DNA from: a virus
Taxonomy: Duplodnaviria > Caudoviricetes
Strand: one strand, 5' to 3'
IMG/VR virus record: IMGVR_UViG_3300009026_000012
Span: 1-54,673 of that record
DNA length: 54,673 nt
Shown here piece by piece: positions 23,648-34,358 of this stretch (positions are counted from its first letter, which is position 1; each line of letters begins with the position of its first letter). The notes under the pieces are model-generated. The model saw only the letters and a list, made by a program, of their open reading frames with translations, ran no database searches and was not told where the DNA came from. The translations under genes and the position numbers were made by a program.

Positions 23648-25939
23648 ATGCACGAATTAATGGCAGGCCAACGCGTGCGCGCGGCGGCGGGGTTCTCCAC
23701 TATCATGGCGGACATGGACTTCGAGACCAAGAGCTCGGCGGGGTACGACTTCGACGAGGACCTTAACAAGTGGGTCCCGCTCAACGGTTCGCCTCCGTAC
23801 GGGCTCCCGGCGGTGGGAGCTGCCAAGTACGCGGAACACCACGACACCGAAGTCCTGTGTCTGTGGTATGACTTGAAAGAGGGAAAAGGCCCTAGGTATT
23901 GGGCGCCCGGCTTGCCCCTTCCCGTCGATCTGTTCGAGCACATGCAAAAAGGACTACCAATAGAGGCCCATAACACCCTTTTCGAGTTTTGGATATGGCT
24001 AAAAGTGTGCGTGGTCAAGTATGGGTGGCCCGTCCCGGACCTCTCCGCATTCCGCTGCTCCATGGCTAAGTGTATGGCTTTCTCGGTCCCCGCGAAGCTC
24101 GGCAACGCCGGGAAAATACTGCGCCTAGACATCCAAAAAGACAAGATAGGGGAGAACCTTATACGCCGGTACTCTATGCCCAAAAAGCCCACTAAGAACG
24201 ACCCGGCGCGCTGGCATCTACTACAGGACAATCCGGCGGACGCCGGGGCCATGTCGCTGTATTGTCTAGGGGATATACGAAGCGAGGCGGCCCTCTCTCA
24301 AAGGCTCCCGGATCTACAACCACGGGAGCTTGAGCTCTTTAAGCTGGATCTCGCGATAAACGTACGCGGCGTCTACGTCGATAAAAAAACGCTGGATTCT
24401 ATGGGGGAGATACTTCGGCAAGCCATCGACCTATACGAGCCTCTTATCGCTGAGTACTCCGGAGTCCCTACTATGAGGCTTAACACCCTCAAAGAGATGG
24501 CCGCTTGGTTGCTTACTCAAGGGGTCCCGGCGGACGCGGCGCGCACTGACACCGGACAGCTCAAACTAGGCGCCGACGAGGTCGAGACTTTACTAGAGGC
24601 CACCACACTAACACCGGCCGCCCGCAAGGTTCTGGAGCTCCGCCGGGACCTAGGCGGTAACGCCGTCAAAAAAATTAAAGCCATCGAGCTCCGGCTAACG
24701 GCGGACAATCGCCTACATGACCTTTTCGCATTTTGTGGGGCGGATAGGTCTGGCCGTTTCTCTGGGCGCGGACCGCAGCCGCAAAACCTCCCAGCCAAAG
24801 GCCCCAAGGTGAAGCAGTGCGACCCAGTAAACGGATGCGGCCGACACTACGGCCGACACCGCCACACCTGCCCGTGGTGTGGCACCCCCGAACAATGGGC
24901 CTCTGTGGTCGACTGGGGCCCGGAGGCAGTGAATGACGCCGCGCAGTGCATCCAGACCAACAAGCTCGCCGTCGTAGAGCAAGCTTTCGGCGACCCCCTA
25001 GAGATACTAAAAGGGTCCCTACGGGGGCTTTTCAGCGCTGCCCCGGGGCATAGGCTACTATGTTCGGACTATTCCGCTATTGAGGCCGTGGTGCTTGCTA
25101 TGCTTGCGCGCGAGCAATGGCGCATCGATGTTTTTAGGACCCACGGGAAGATCTACGAGAAGGCCGTCGCAGACATCACGGGCATACCCTTCGCCGACGT
25201 AATGGCCGTCCCGGGGTACGACATCACCCAACCAGAATGGTGGAAGCAAAAAGCCACCGGGCCCGACCATCCAGACCGCAAAAAAGTGGGCAAGGTCTCC
25301 GAGTTGGCTAGTGGGTATCAAGGCAGCGTGGGGGCTTGGAAAGCTTTCGGCGCGGATGAGTTTATGGACGACGACCAGATCCTAGCAGCGGTACGCAAGT
25401 GGCGCGCGGCTAGCCCCAGCATTGTGGCTTTTTGGTATGACTTAGAGCGCGCCGCTATGGAAGCGATAAGGAACCCCGGAACCTTTCACCGGGTCAACGA
25501 TGTGGGCTACGGCGTTTTTGAGGATGTGCTCTACTGTCGGCTCCCCTCCGGCCGGTTCTTACACTACCACCAACCACGGGTAGAAATGCGCGAGAAGTTC
25601 GGGAAAATGCGCCCGGCGCTCACGTACTGGGGGAACAATAGCGACTATAAAAAAGGCCCTAAAGGTTGGCTTAAACTGGACACCTACGGGGGGAAGCTGT
25701 GCGAGAATATCACCCAAGCGGTGGCACGAGACATCCTAGCCAACGCCATGCTAAACCTAGAGGCCGCAGGCTACCCTATAGTGCTGCACGTACATGATGA
25801 GATCGTCTCCGAAGTTCCGGAGGGTTGGGGGTGTATCGAGGAGTTTGAGCGAATTATGAACCGAATGCCTTCATGGGCGGCCGACTACCCCATCAAGTGC
25901 GCAGGGGGCTGGGTCGGCGCCCGTTATCGTAAGGATTAG
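23648..25939 (+). CDS. Family A DNA polymerase with 3'-5' exonuclease
   Basis: DFET, HN..FE, YC..D, SGRFSG...QNLP, DYSAIE, K...L...Y, HVHDE; start moved to ATG 23648 after GAGGTG. Confidence 0.93.
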   Translation: MHELMAGQRVRAAAGFSTIMADMDFETKSSAGYDFDEDLNKWVPLNGSPPYGLPAVGAAKYAEHHDTEVLCLWYDLKEGKGPRYWAPGLPLPVDLFEHMQKGLPIEAHNTLFEFWIWLKVCVVKYGWPVPDLSAFRCSMAKCMAFSVPAKLGNAGKILRLDIQKDKIGENLIRRYSMPKKPTKNDPARWHLLQDNPADAGAMSLYCLGDIRSEAALSQRLPDLQPRELELFKLDLAINVRGVYVDKKTLDSMGEILRQAIDLYEPLIAEYSGVPTMRLNTLKEMAAWLLTQGVPADAARTDTGQLKLGADEVETLLEATTLTPAARKVLELRRDLGGNAVKKIKAIELRLTADNRLHDLFAFCGADRSGRFSGRGPQPQNLPAKGPKVKQCDPVNGCGRHYGRHRHTCPWCGTPEQWASVVDWGPEAVNDAAQCIQTNKLAVVEQAFGDPLEILKGSLRGLFSAAPGHRLLCSDYSAIEAVVLAMLAREQWRIDVFRTHGKIYEKAVADITGIPFADVMAVPGYDITQPEWWKQKATGPDHPDRKKVGKVSELASGYQGSVGAWKAFGADEFMDDDQILAAVRKWRAASPSIVAFWYDLERAAMEAIRNPGTFHRVNDVGYGVFEDVLYCRLPSGRFLHYHQPRVEMREKFGKMRPALTYWGNNSDYKKGPKGWLKLDTYGGKLCENITQAVARDILANAMLNLEAAGYPIVLHVHDEIVSEVPEGWGCIEEFERIMNRMPSWAADYPIKCAGGWVGARYRKD

Positions 25940-27990
25940 ACCTCCCACCCTACCAAGTACATATAGATAACCGCGTCGGGGCGTGCGGCACTCCACCGCA
26001 TCCTGAACCTCCCCGTCCCGTCCGCGTGTAGGGGGATGGTTACTTGGTCCACCCCGCTAAACGTGTGGGTTAAGCCCACCGTGTCCGGCCGGCCATCATA
26101 CAAGTATGACACTATATCCGAAGTCGCCGGGCCCGACGATCCGGGGGCCGCGTATACGTACAGCGAAGCCGTCGGGTCTCCGGGCTGCAGTGTTAGCGCG
26201 TATTGAATCCGCACTTTTATAGCCGTAACCCCTACAGGGATGTTGTCCATAGCGGTCCATATCACGTCCGAAGGGGACCCGGTACGGCCTACGCTTCGGT
26301 TCGCGTTGAATGTTAACTCAGAGTGTACGAATAGTGCCGGGTTCGGCGCCCCCACCGAGGTTGGGAAGTATCCAACGTTCCCCCCGCTCCCCGCCGGGAA
26401 CGTGTGAAACCCTTTAGAGCCTCCCGCGTCTGTGCCGTAGTATTTGTTCCCCCCGGGGGAGGTAACATCCCCGGCGAGCTGGAGTGTACGGCTAGCCGCG
26501 ATGCTACCACCGCCGGTTAACGATCCCGTGGTCGATATCGACACCGCGCTATGGTCCACGTTTCTAGCATGTGCCGTGTCTAGCGCGAGGTTGCCGCTCG
26601 TCGATACGTTTCCGGATATTCCAGTTATCCCGGCCACGTTGGTGACTGTCCCCGCGTTGCTCGTGGCTCCGTCCGCTACGTTTAGCAGCGTGCGCACCTC
26701 CGCAGCCGTTAGAGCTGCCGCAGGCCCAACCCCGGCGGAGACCCTCCCTAATAGAACGCCCGCCGCGAAGTCTTGCATTTTTGCCAATGTGACGGCCTTA
26801 GCGGCGATGGTGAGCGCGCTCGCCCCGGTAACGTCTCCGGTGTGGGTTGCGTTGGTCTCTTTCAAGGTGTTAGCCGCGACGGCGGTGTCCGCCGATATAG
26901 CGGCGCCTAGCCCGCCTATGTCCGCCGCTACAAGTGTTACGGCGCCCGTTTTACCTGCAACGCTTGCCACTGGGGCGGAGGTTAAGTACCGCCCGTCTAG
27001 GCTCTCCACCACATCCGGGCCACCGGATTGCGAAAGCGTTAGGTCCCCCGTTCCCGTGTCGAATAGGGCAGAGCTAACCACAGACCCCGCGCCTATGCCC
27101 GCAAGGTCGGAGGTTGTTAGGGCGCGCTCAAAGGCGGACCCTCTCCAGATCTCTACGCCGTCGCCCGGGGTAGTGCTCGTAACCAGAGTTGCCACCCCGG
27201 CGTGGTGTATCTTCGTTTGCCCGTCTATCACAGATAGCGCGGGCTTTACCGCCCCGGCGGCGTCTTTATACTCGAACAGGAAACCGCCACCCCTCGCCAT
27301 ATTTTGCACTAAGTACCGCAGGGGGTTGCTGGCATCCGAGAAACCCATCACAGCGGCCACGTCTCCGGTAGCGTTTAGCAGTCTTTGTACGGTCGACTGC
27401 CCGGCCGTTACGCCGTCGGCGGGGTCGTTGGCACTGCTTCCCAGTATATCCACGCCCTCCGGCCCGGTGCGCAGTACCGTGCGGTCCGTTGCTGGGCTGC
27501 GTAGTTCGGCCTCCCCGTTAGAGTCCGCCGTAGCCCAAAGGCGTAGCGCTCCGGCGTCGTTACGTACGCCGAGCTGCATAAGCCCGCCCGCTTGGTATGA
27601 CTGAATTTTGAAAATTTTCTCGACGGACGGGTCGAACCCGATATCCGCTACGGTTTGGCCCACGCCGTTGGCTAGCCGAATAAGCGCGTCTTGTGAGATC
27701 ACCGGGTCGGGGTCCGCAGGGTCACTCACCCCCGTGCCACGGACGAGCGCGCCCGTACTCGTGGCCGACACTTTTAGCCCGTTTTCGTACAAGCCCTGCG
27801 ACGCCTCTACAATCGCCGCCTGCAGCGCCGTAGCGCCCATCCCGGAGGAGCCGGGGTCGAAGGGGAGGGCGTCTGTAATATCCTGCGCAACCGCTGGGCC
27901 TCCTAATAGGACGTAAAAAAGGTCGTTAAGATCTTGCATAGTCTCGGCGGTTATGACCGTGACCTCGGACGTGTAGGTGGTGTTAGACAT
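25936..27990 (-). CDS. Tail fibre / receptor-binding protein
   Basis: 684 aa Gly/Ala/Thr-rich, VASVAGKTGAVTL repeat motif, last gene of the tail operon; stop overlaps the convergent polymerase stop. Confidence 0.7.
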   Translation of the reverse strand: MSNTTYTSEVTVITAETMQDLNDLFYVLLGGPAVAQDITDALPFDPGSSGMGATALQAAIVEASQGLYENGLKVSATSTGALVRGTGVSDPADPDPVISQDALIRLANGVGQTVADIGFDPSVEKIFKIQSYQAGGLMQLGVRNDAGALRLWATADSNGEAELRSPATDRTVLRTGPEGVDILGSSANDPADGVTAGQSTVQRLLNATGDVAAVMGFSDASNPLRYLVQNMARGGGFLFEYKDAAGAVKPALSVIDGQTKIHHAGVATLVTSTTPGDGVEIWRGSAFERALTTSDLAGIGAGSVVSSALFDTGTGDLTLSQSGGPDVVESLDGRYLTSAPVASVAGKTGAVTLVAADIGGLGAAISADTAVAANTLKETNATHTGDVTGASALTIAAKAVTLAKMQDFAAGVLLGRVSAGVGPAAALTAAEVRTLLNVADGATSNAGTVTNVAGITGISGNVSTSGNLALDTAHARNVDHSAVSISTTGSLTGGGSIAASRTLQLAGDVTSPGGNKYYGTDAGGSKGFHTFPAGSGGNVGYFPTSVGAPNPALFVHSELTFNANRSVGRTGSPSDVIWTAMDNIPVGVTAIKVRIQYALTLQPGDPTASLYVYAAPGSSGPATSDIVSYLYDGRPDTVGLTHTFSGVDQVTIPLHADGTGRFRMRWSAARPDAVIYMYLVGWEV

Positions 27991-27993
27991 GGT

Positions 27994-28896
27994 CTAGTAT
28001 CCTATCGCTAGATAAGCTATGCCGCTAGCGAGCACGGAGACCCCGTACCCATCAACACTAGCGGAGAAATTGGCGGCCGTTAGCCCGGTAAGGAAAGGGA
28101 CCCCCCGGCCGCCAACGCCCTGTAAAAATACTTGAAACGCCCCCACAGGAAACCCGCCGGAGTGGAACGTGTGGGATATGCTCGCCGTAGACCCGCCCGT
28201 AATAGTAGGCGCGCCCGTACGGCCCCATAGAGCCCTAAGACCGCCGGGCAAGACCATATACCCGTTAGAAAGTTGTTGCCCTGTAAAAGCGTTGTACAGC
28301 GCATCCGGTGTGACCGCGCGGTCGGTTATGCCTAGCCCGTTACGGTCCACGACGTGGGACCCGTCGGCGTACTTGGTTAAGCCTACCGCCCCGGTGGTGG
28401 GTGTTAGTGTATTTAGTTTAGCTTGCAGCCCCGCCGGTGTGACTGCCAGCGTAGTGCTAATCCCGTCCACGGAGTTGTTATTCGTGGCCGTCTGTATTAG
28501 GCCCTTACGGGTTGTTGATGATGTTAGGGCCGCCAACCCTAGGGGCGTGATAACCCGGTCGTTAATCGCTGGGTTCACAGCCTCCGCCGCTGTGGCTAGC
28601 TCCGATCTACCGGCCACGAGGGTGGTAGCTATGGGGACCGCCGCGTCGGCTTGAATGATCGCTTTTAAGGCGTCCTTTATTTGAGACACGCCAACGGTCT
28701 CCGGGCTATTGCTCGGCACTATGCCAGCCTCGACCATCAACGACTGAAAAAAGCCGTTAATGTCGTTTAAAAAAGCGCGCTCTATTGGGGTGCCGTCTAC
28801 CGCCACCCCGGACGAGTCGTTCCTAAAAGCGCCGTACGTATAGTCGGGGCCCGGCGCTTCCACGTTAGGGGTATAGGTTAGGTCTAAGTTGATCAT
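27994..28896 (-). CDS. Tail fibre protein
   Basis: Y.YG...N...DGTP N-terminus, ATT..AG...LAT..E...VITP repeats, C-terminal GY..LPGGL...WG. Confidence 0.8.
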   Translation of the reverse strand: MINLDLTYTPNVEAPGPDYTYGAFRNDSSGVAVDGTPIERAFLNDINGFFQSLMVEAGIVPSNSPETVGVSQIKDALKAIIQADAAVPIATTLVAGRSELATAAEAVNPAINDRVITPLGLAALTSSTTRKGLIQTATNNNSVDGISTTLAVTPAGLQAKLNTLTPTTGAVGLTKYADGSHVVDRNGLGITDRAVTPDALYNAFTGQQLSNGYMVLPGGLRALWGRTGAPTITGGSTASISHTFHSGGFPVGAFQVFLQGVGGRGVPFLTGLTAANFSASVDGYGVSVLASGIAYLAIGY

Positions 28897-28897
28897 A

Positions 28898-29596
28898 CTA
28901 GGCAAACTCCACTATAGCCCCTATCCACAAGTGGGTGGGGCAGATTTTAAGGCATAGGGCTATAAATTCATCTTTACGAGCCGGGGGCACTGTAGCGGGA
29001 TTCGGAAAAGTTTGCCCCCCCACGTACATGAAAAAAGGCCAAGTATCTGGGTCCGTTGGTATCGCCGGGAACAAGTCCCCCGGGTTCCCTGTTACGTTGG
29101 TGAGTGCGAAACCTATAAGGCCTTGGAAGTTTCCGCTACGAGCCTCTACACTCCCGGAGCGTATTATCCCGCTACGAGCTTCGAAAAAAGCCGTTACGCT
29201 CCCGCCCCGTAGCACAGCGTTAGGGTTACGCACGGTGTTGCTGTTAGCAGCATCAAAGGACTCGTGTACGTATACGTCAAACCCTGCGCCTCTGAGCACG
29301 TTCTGGATATACCATGGGGATTGCCCCCCCGTCGCTTTCCATGCGGCGTCTAGTCTGTCCCGTCGCTTCTGCTCCACTGTTACGCTGGGGGGTAGGGCGA
29401 ACTGGTCCTCCCAAAGGTCTAGCTTTCGGGTGTACTGCGGGAACATGTCCCCGTAAATGTCGTCGAAATTGGCGCGCATGGTGTCCGCGAATCTCGCTAA
29501 GCCTACGAAAAAACTCCGGAGAGGCTTCTCGATAGTTATCTTAAAAGCACGGCCACGGGGGAGTAGGTGCTTAAATATCCGGAGAAAGAGCTCCAT
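28898..29596 (-). CDS. Baseplate wedge protein (Mu gp48/YmfQ-like)
   Basis: LLPRGRAF, L..WE..F.L, GGQS..YI, ICPTH. Confidence 0.8.
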   Translation of the reverse strand: MELFLRIFKHLLPRGRAFKITIEKPLRSFFVGLARFADTMRANFDDIYGDMFPQYTRKLDLWEDQFALPPSVTVEQKRRDRLDAAWKATGGQSPWYIQNVLRGAGFDVYVHESFDAANSNTVRNPNAVLRGGSVTAFFEARSGIIRSGSVEARSGNFQGLIGFALTNVTGNPGDLFPAIPTDPDTWPFFMYVGGQTFPNPATVPPARKDEFIALCLKICPTHLWIGAIVEFA

Positions 29597-30810
29597 TAGG
29601 AGAACACCACGCCGGTGCCCACAAGCTTGGCTTTTGTCCCCGCCGCTAACGTGTGACTCTCCAAAGGAGTGCCTACGCCGTTAACCGAAAAAGTGGCGGT
29701 GGTAAAACTCCCGCCGGCCGCCGTGACGATATCCTCTATAAGCCCGATAAGCGCGGACCGCGTTATCCGCTCCCGGCGTCGTCCCACAGTTAGCCCGGCG
29801 ATATAGGGCTCGGCGCTTAGGAAAAACTCCCGTACTGCGGTGTTTATGTCTGTTTGTGTCTGTCCTAGGTTGGCAACGCCCGCTAACCCTGTCACGGATA
29901 CGTCAAAAGTAACCCGCGATATCGCTAGCGGCTCCACTAGAGCGCTGATCTGTCGGCGCGTAGCGAGCCCAGACTGGTCTAGGTTTATCGATTCGCCTAC
30001 GGCCGTGAGCTGCGCCGTGGTCGGTATCCCGTCCGGATCTCCGGAGCTCGCCACGGTGGCCTCGCAGTACACGTTAACTTTTCCGGGGATCACCGGGTCC
30101 GTGTACGGGTAGGCGTTGATTATGCCGGGGACCTCTTCGGCCCATTGCTCATAGTCTGCAGTGGCTCCGCCCTGCGGCCTTTTCTGGAATCTGTCGAGAA
30201 CGCGCTGTCTGTAAATGTCCTCTTTCTCGCCGTCGGCGCCTGTGACGAGCACAGCCGTGACGGTGGCGTCCCCTGATATCTCTCCTATGGGCTTAACAAA
30301 CGATAGCACGTCCCCTGCTTCTAGGTTCCCTTGGGAGCCCGCGCCCTGCGTGCCGCTGGAGTCCGATACCGCGCGAATGTCAACGGCTACGGAGGCCGCA
30401 TTCAATAGCACCACCCCCAAGGTCACGTACGTAACCCCGGTCGAAGCGCTAACGAGTTGACTCCCGGAGGCTAGATAGCCGGTTTGCTGTGTAACTGGAA
30501 CGGCCACGGTAAGCTCTGCCTGTGTCGCCGCTCCCGGGGTGCCGACCCCAACCAGCACGCCGAGCTCTATCAGTGGGGTGATAACTCGCCCGTTGATCGT
30601 CGTAGGTTTGAAGCTCGCCGTCCGTACAAATTGCTGCAGCGCGTTGTACCCCCCGTAGTTAAAGAGGAGCTTAGCAATAGCGCCCACGGCTTTAGATATA
30701 ACGGACGTGAAGGCCTTCGGAAGTAGTGGGACGGACTCGTTGAGCTCCGCCTGTAGCATATTCGATACTATCGAGGTGAGCTCTGCGGTCGTGGGGTTTT
30801 GTTGGCTCAT
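29596..30810 (-). CDS. Baseplate J/Mu gp47-like protein
   Basis: G..GNL, GAD.E....YR.R......PQGG...DY..WA..VPG. Confidence 0.88.
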   Translation of the reverse strand: MSQQNPTTAELTSIVSNMLQAELNESVPLLPKAFTSVISKAVGAIAKLLFNYGGYNALQQFVRTASFKPTTINGRVITPLIELGVLVGVGTPGAATQAELTVAVPVTQQTGYLASGSQLVSASTGVTYVTLGVVLLNAASVAVDIRAVSDSSGTQGAGSQGNLEAGDVLSFVKPIGEISGDATVTAVLVTGADGEKEDIYRQRVLDRFQKRPQGGATADYEQWAEEVPGIINAYPYTDPVIPGKVNVYCEATVASSGDPDGIPTTAQLTAVGESINLDQSGLATRRQISALVEPLAISRVTFDVSVTGLAGVANLGQTQTDINTAVREFFLSAEPYIAGLTVGRRRERITRSALIGLIEDIVTAAGGSFTTATFSVNGVGTPLESHTLAAGTKAKLVGTGVVFS

Positions 30811-31247
30811 TCTACGGCTTTCCAATTCTCTATGTATGAAAAACGGGACTCTATCCCGTTGGCGGATACGTCTACCAAAAACTCCAACGCTCGCGCGTCC
30901 ACGGGGACCACTTCGACCGCTATAGTATCAGCGATTCCCAGCTCTTTAAACACCCGCAAATCGCGGGTAGCGGCGTCCGCTAACAGCCGCAGGGAGTTTG
31001 CGACTTTGGGGAGCCCTCCCATTAGGTATTGGGTCTCGCTTCGTAGCTTTTCGTGCTCGGTCGTGGCGAGCTTATTCCCCCACCATTCCTTGGACCTGTC
31101 GCCCCGCCCGCTGTCGTCTTCATTCCCACCAAATAAGCAGAGATAGGCTAGCGTTTCTAGCCCGAAAGTCATTTCTACGCTACCGCCACGGAGGGATAGG
31201 TCGCCCCCGTCGTCGGTATGCACCATTAAAACGTCACCACCCACCAT
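30807..31247 (-). CDS. Baseplate protein (Mu gp46-like)
   Basis: LET..YL.LF, WWGN motif; synteny. Confidence 0.75.
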   Translation of the reverse strand: MVGGDVLMVHTDDGGDLSLRGGSVEMTFGLETLAYLCLFGGNEDDSGRGDRSKEWWGNKLATTEHEKLRSETQYLMGGLPKVANSLRLLADAATRDLRVFKELGIADTIAVEVVPVDARALEFLVDVSANGIESRFSYIENWKAVE

Positions 31248-31258
31248 ACAAAAAACTC

Positions 31259-31876
31259 CTAGTTATTGCCCGCCGTAGGCCCGGGAGCGCTTGACCCGCC
31301 CGTGATATTGTGGTCGTGGCCGTCGATCTCTTTCCCGTTCAATATTAAACTGTTAGGAAAAACCGCCGCACCTGTGGGGGATATCGTAACCCCGTTAGCC
31401 TCGAAAGTCCCGCCCGCCTGCAGCTCAAAACTACCGCTTGCGTTGGTTGCTTTGAAGCTCCCGTCCGCTTTGTGCTCTGCCACCCCCCCGGCGTTCGTGC
31501 TGCTAGACCGTCCGTCCGGGTCTAACGTAATGTTCCCGGAGCTATTGAACAGGGAGATAGTGCCGTCGTCTTTAAGGTGGGCCTCGGCCACGGTGGTGCC
31601 TTCTGAGTCCCTCGAATACACCCGAGCTTCCCCCGGTTTTGTTAGGTCCACATTCTTAGGGTCGATGAACCCGAAGCACTCCAGCCGCCCGGAGGTGTCT
31701 GTCCGAGCCATGAGCGCGAAGTCCCCGGGCAAGGGGTTGCCGTCGTACCCCGGGGGAAGCCACACGCTACGGGGGCGGCGGTTGTCTCCGTTCCCTAGGT
31801 CTACCTTAATCTCCGTAAGTAGGACGTCGCCGTCCGCGACGCGCGATACGCTTAGCACTTTTCCAACTATAACCAT
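31259..31876 (-). CDS. Baseplate spike (Mu gp45/gpV-like)
   Basis: PG....P..GD, PGE..VYS, terminal H-x-H (GHDH). Confidence 0.8.
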   Translation of the reverse strand: MVIVGKVLSVSRVADGDVLLTEIKVDLGNGDNRRPRSVWLPPGYDGNPLPGDFALMARTDTSGRLECFGFIDPKNVDLTKPGEARVYSRDSEGTTVAEAHLKDDGTISLFNSSGNITLDPDGRSSSTNAGGVAEHKADGSFKATNASGSFELQAGGTFEANGVTISPTGAAVFPNSLILNGKEIDGHDHNITGGSSAPGPTAGNN

Positions 31877-33117
31877 GGTAACGTCTTCGGCATTTTGCCG
31901 CTAAGGGACTCGGGGAGTACGAGCTCTAGCTCGGCCTCTTCGGTGTCTTTTGTTTGGTTTAATGCGACGCTTCGGACTAAGAGCTCAGTCTCTTTGTAGA
32001 CCATGGCCTCCGGCGCTAGCAAGGTCACTGTCGTATTAGGAGACCACAGCGCACCCTTTGGGTCTAGCCACCCGGGGACGCTCACGCTATAAGTCACCAC
32101 GTTAGCGAACATACGCCCGGCCATAGCCTCTACGGCTGTTTTCAGATCTCCGCCGGAAGTATCGCCGGCCTGAAAAACAAACGGCCTATGTACCCCTCTT
32201 AAAAAAGGGTTGTTTACTGTGTAGCTCCCTGCTTCAAAGTCTGTGCTGTGGCTTTGTAGTCCGGTCACGTCGCTGTAGAATTCCTGCTCCTTAAAAGTGG
32301 GGGAGACCCTCTCCACGCTGGGGGTGCCGTCTACTAACCTCGCCACGGGGTTGCCGGGCGCCACCGGGGTGAACACCTTACAATCCCCCGCCGGGGTGTT
32401 GGTTAGCATTATGTTGCGCTGTTTGGCTAGGCGTATTAGAAAAGGGAGTACCTTGTCCTTAGCTTCTAACGCCACCCTCTTAAACTTAGGGCCGCCGCTG
32501 CCTGACACCTCTAAACCGAACCCGTAGGGCTCTATAAGCGCCCGAGCTATGTCCGCAAAGCTCTGCCCGTCGTAGTCCAACGGAAACGAAGAGCTAGAGG
32601 CGGTGCAATCGTTTAGCACGGCGGGGGTGGAGTAAGCCGTCACAACCACGGTAGAGCTCTCTGGGGTCGTCAAGGGGGAAGCCCCCACGATATTGCCGCG
32701 AAAGCGCTCCCGCCCTCCTATGAAAAGGGTCACAGGGGTGTAGCACATCGGGTAAACTTTTTTCCTGAATAGGCTATTGTTGGAGTCAAAGGTCGCCGTA
32801 AATTCTAGGGTGCTGAACACGTCGACACTGTCCTCCACAAGTACGGAGGTCCAGAAACGAAAGACCTCTCCGTCTATCGAGAGCGAGGCCTCGGTAGGGG
32901 AGGCGGACTCCACTGTGGTGGCGGGGGCCCGCGTTGTTCTCGGCGGGATTGTAAGCACTACGCCGGGGAGTATCTGCAGAGGGTCGCCGCTGGGGCCCCC
33001 CAACAAGACGGAAGGGTTAGCCTGTCTTAGCACGCCTTGTCGACTCTCTACGCCGTAGACTTTTCTGCTAACCTTTTCGAACGTGTCGCCGGGGACCGTG
33101 GTATAGGTTCTGCTCAT
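31867..33117 (-). CDS. Baseplate hub (Mu gp44-like) with N-terminal LysM-like domain
   Basis: YTT.PGDT...S.K.YG...ANP; W..V.V, LW.PN motifs; synteny. Confidence 0.8.
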   Translation of the reverse strand: MSRTYTTVPGDTFEKVSRKVYGVESRQGVLRQANPSVLLGGPSGDPLQILPGVVLTIPPRTTRAPATTVESASPTEASLSIDGEVFRFWTSVLVEDSVDVFSTLEFTATFDSNNSLFRKKVYPMCYTPVTLFIGGRERFRGNIVGASPLTTPESSTVVVTAYSTPAVLNDCTASSSSFPLDYDGQSFADIARALIEPYGFGLEVSGSGGPKFKRVALEAKDKVLPFLIRLAKQRNIMLTNTPAGDCKVFTPVAPGNPVARLVDGTPSVERVSPTFKEQEFYSDVTGLQSHSTDFEAGSYTVNNPFLRGVHRPFVFQAGDTSGGDLKTAVEAMAGRMFANVVTYSVSVPGWLDPKGALWSPNTTVTLLAPEAMVYKETELLVRSVALNQTKDTEEAELELVLPESLSGKMPKTLPWL

Positions 33118-34358
33118 ACGTAGTACACTATTCTTTTACCTGCAGGGAGCTCCAATATCTCCGCCCCGGACAGGTCGTTCGTGTCCATTAAGAAGAGGAG
33201 GCTGTCGTCCACGTCTCCGTAGAGCTCCGCCGCTAGGTCCAACGCGGTGCGGGGGGACACTAGCGTTATGTTTCGCTCTTGGGCTAGGTTAAACGAGATC
33301 TTGACCAGCTGCCCGGCACTGCGCGAGACCGTTTTCAGTAGGGGCGTGTGGGCCTCCCCCGTGTCTATGAGGCCTAGCGCCGCGTGGTTGTCGTCTCTCC
33401 ATGAGGAGACGGAATCGAACAGCTCTAGCACCCCGTTTGCAGCTGCTAGCGCCTCGGGCTTACTTTTAAAAGACCCATTTACCGAAGAAAGCGCCGCCGC
33501 CGAAGTAGCGCCGGAAGCGAAAAGGCTCGCCGCCCTGAAATCGTTCGCCGTGGTGTTCCCATTCCCTTTAGTACGGACCGCCCCGTCTCCGTAGTAGATG
33601 GATTCGGCCAAGTTTTGGTAGGCGTTAAGCTGCGCTTTAATGTCCGCCGCTGCCAGTGCGGGGGCCTGTATCAATTGCAAAGTCTGAAAACCCAACGTAA
33701 GCGGGTCGTCTATAAGCACGTCTATGCCGTTATATATCGAGTCTCTTATCTCGTTAAAGTCCCGCGCTACCTCGTCTCGGCCGTCTGCTAAAGGCTGGAG
33801 CACGGCCACGGTGTTATTAAGCAAGGCCTTGTATGATTCAAGAAAAGCGAAGCGCTCGCTAGGGGCCTCTATAATCACCCTCTCGTCTAGCTCTTCGGAG
33901 GCGGCGGCGTTAAAGGTCTCCACGTCGTTGCGGACTACCTGCCCCCCGTCGGGTTCGACCAGCGGGAACAGGGACTCTATGGTCTCCATGAAACCTATTT
34001 GTAGGGTTACTTGGTTGGCCCCCTCTACCATTGGGTCGGTACGTGTAACCGTACCCAGCGGGGTGGCTTTTAGAATCCCGTGCCTAGGGTGCTCCAGCGT
34101 TCCGAAATCCTGCACTGCGAGACTCGCTTCGAAGGCGTCCGCCTCTAGGTCGCAATCATCGCCGGAGAAAAAAACTAGCATAGGAATAATCCTAGGACCT
34201 AGCCCTCTTTTCTGGACGTACGCGCCGTCTACGTTGGGGAACTCGAAAGCCGTCCCCCGGTGTTCTGTGCTAGAGGTTAGCTCTTTAAAAGGCAAAACGG
34301 TCCGCAGGCCGTTGGGGTCCGTATATGCCGCCTCCCTTATTCGATCACTCCACGCCAT
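33114..34358 (-). CDS. DNA circularisation protein (Mu gp43/gpN-like)
   Basis: MAW.DR.REA, FEFP..DG..V...G, GTL.HP..G; C-terminal LA.ELYGD. Confidence 0.82.
   Translation of the reverse strand: MAWSDRIREAAYTDPNGLRTVLPFKELTSSTEHRGTAFEFPNVDGAYVQKRGLGPRIIPMLVFFSGDDCDLEADAFEASLAVQDFGTLEHPRHGILKATPLGTVTRTDPMVEGANQVTLQIGFMETIESLFPLVEPDGGQVVRNDVETFNAAASEELDERVIIEAPSERFAFLESYKALLNNTVAVLQPLADGRDEVARDFNEIRDSIYNGIDVLIDDPLTLGFQTLQLIQAPALAAADIKAQLNAYQNLAESIYYGDGAVRTKGNGNTTANDFRAASLFASGATSAAALSSVNGSFKSKPEALAAANGVLELFDSVSSWRDDNHAALGLIDTGEAHTPLLKTVSRSAGQLVKISFNLAQERNITLVSPRTALDLAAELYGDVDDSLLFLMDTNDLSGAEILELPAGKRIVYYV

Noticed and set aside
26444-27604. Long plus-strand ORFs opposite structural genes (also 33724..34602, 35061..35966 and others)
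   Set aside because: Antisense shadows of GC-rich coding sequence with Ser/Pro/Ala-rich products and no RBS or motifs
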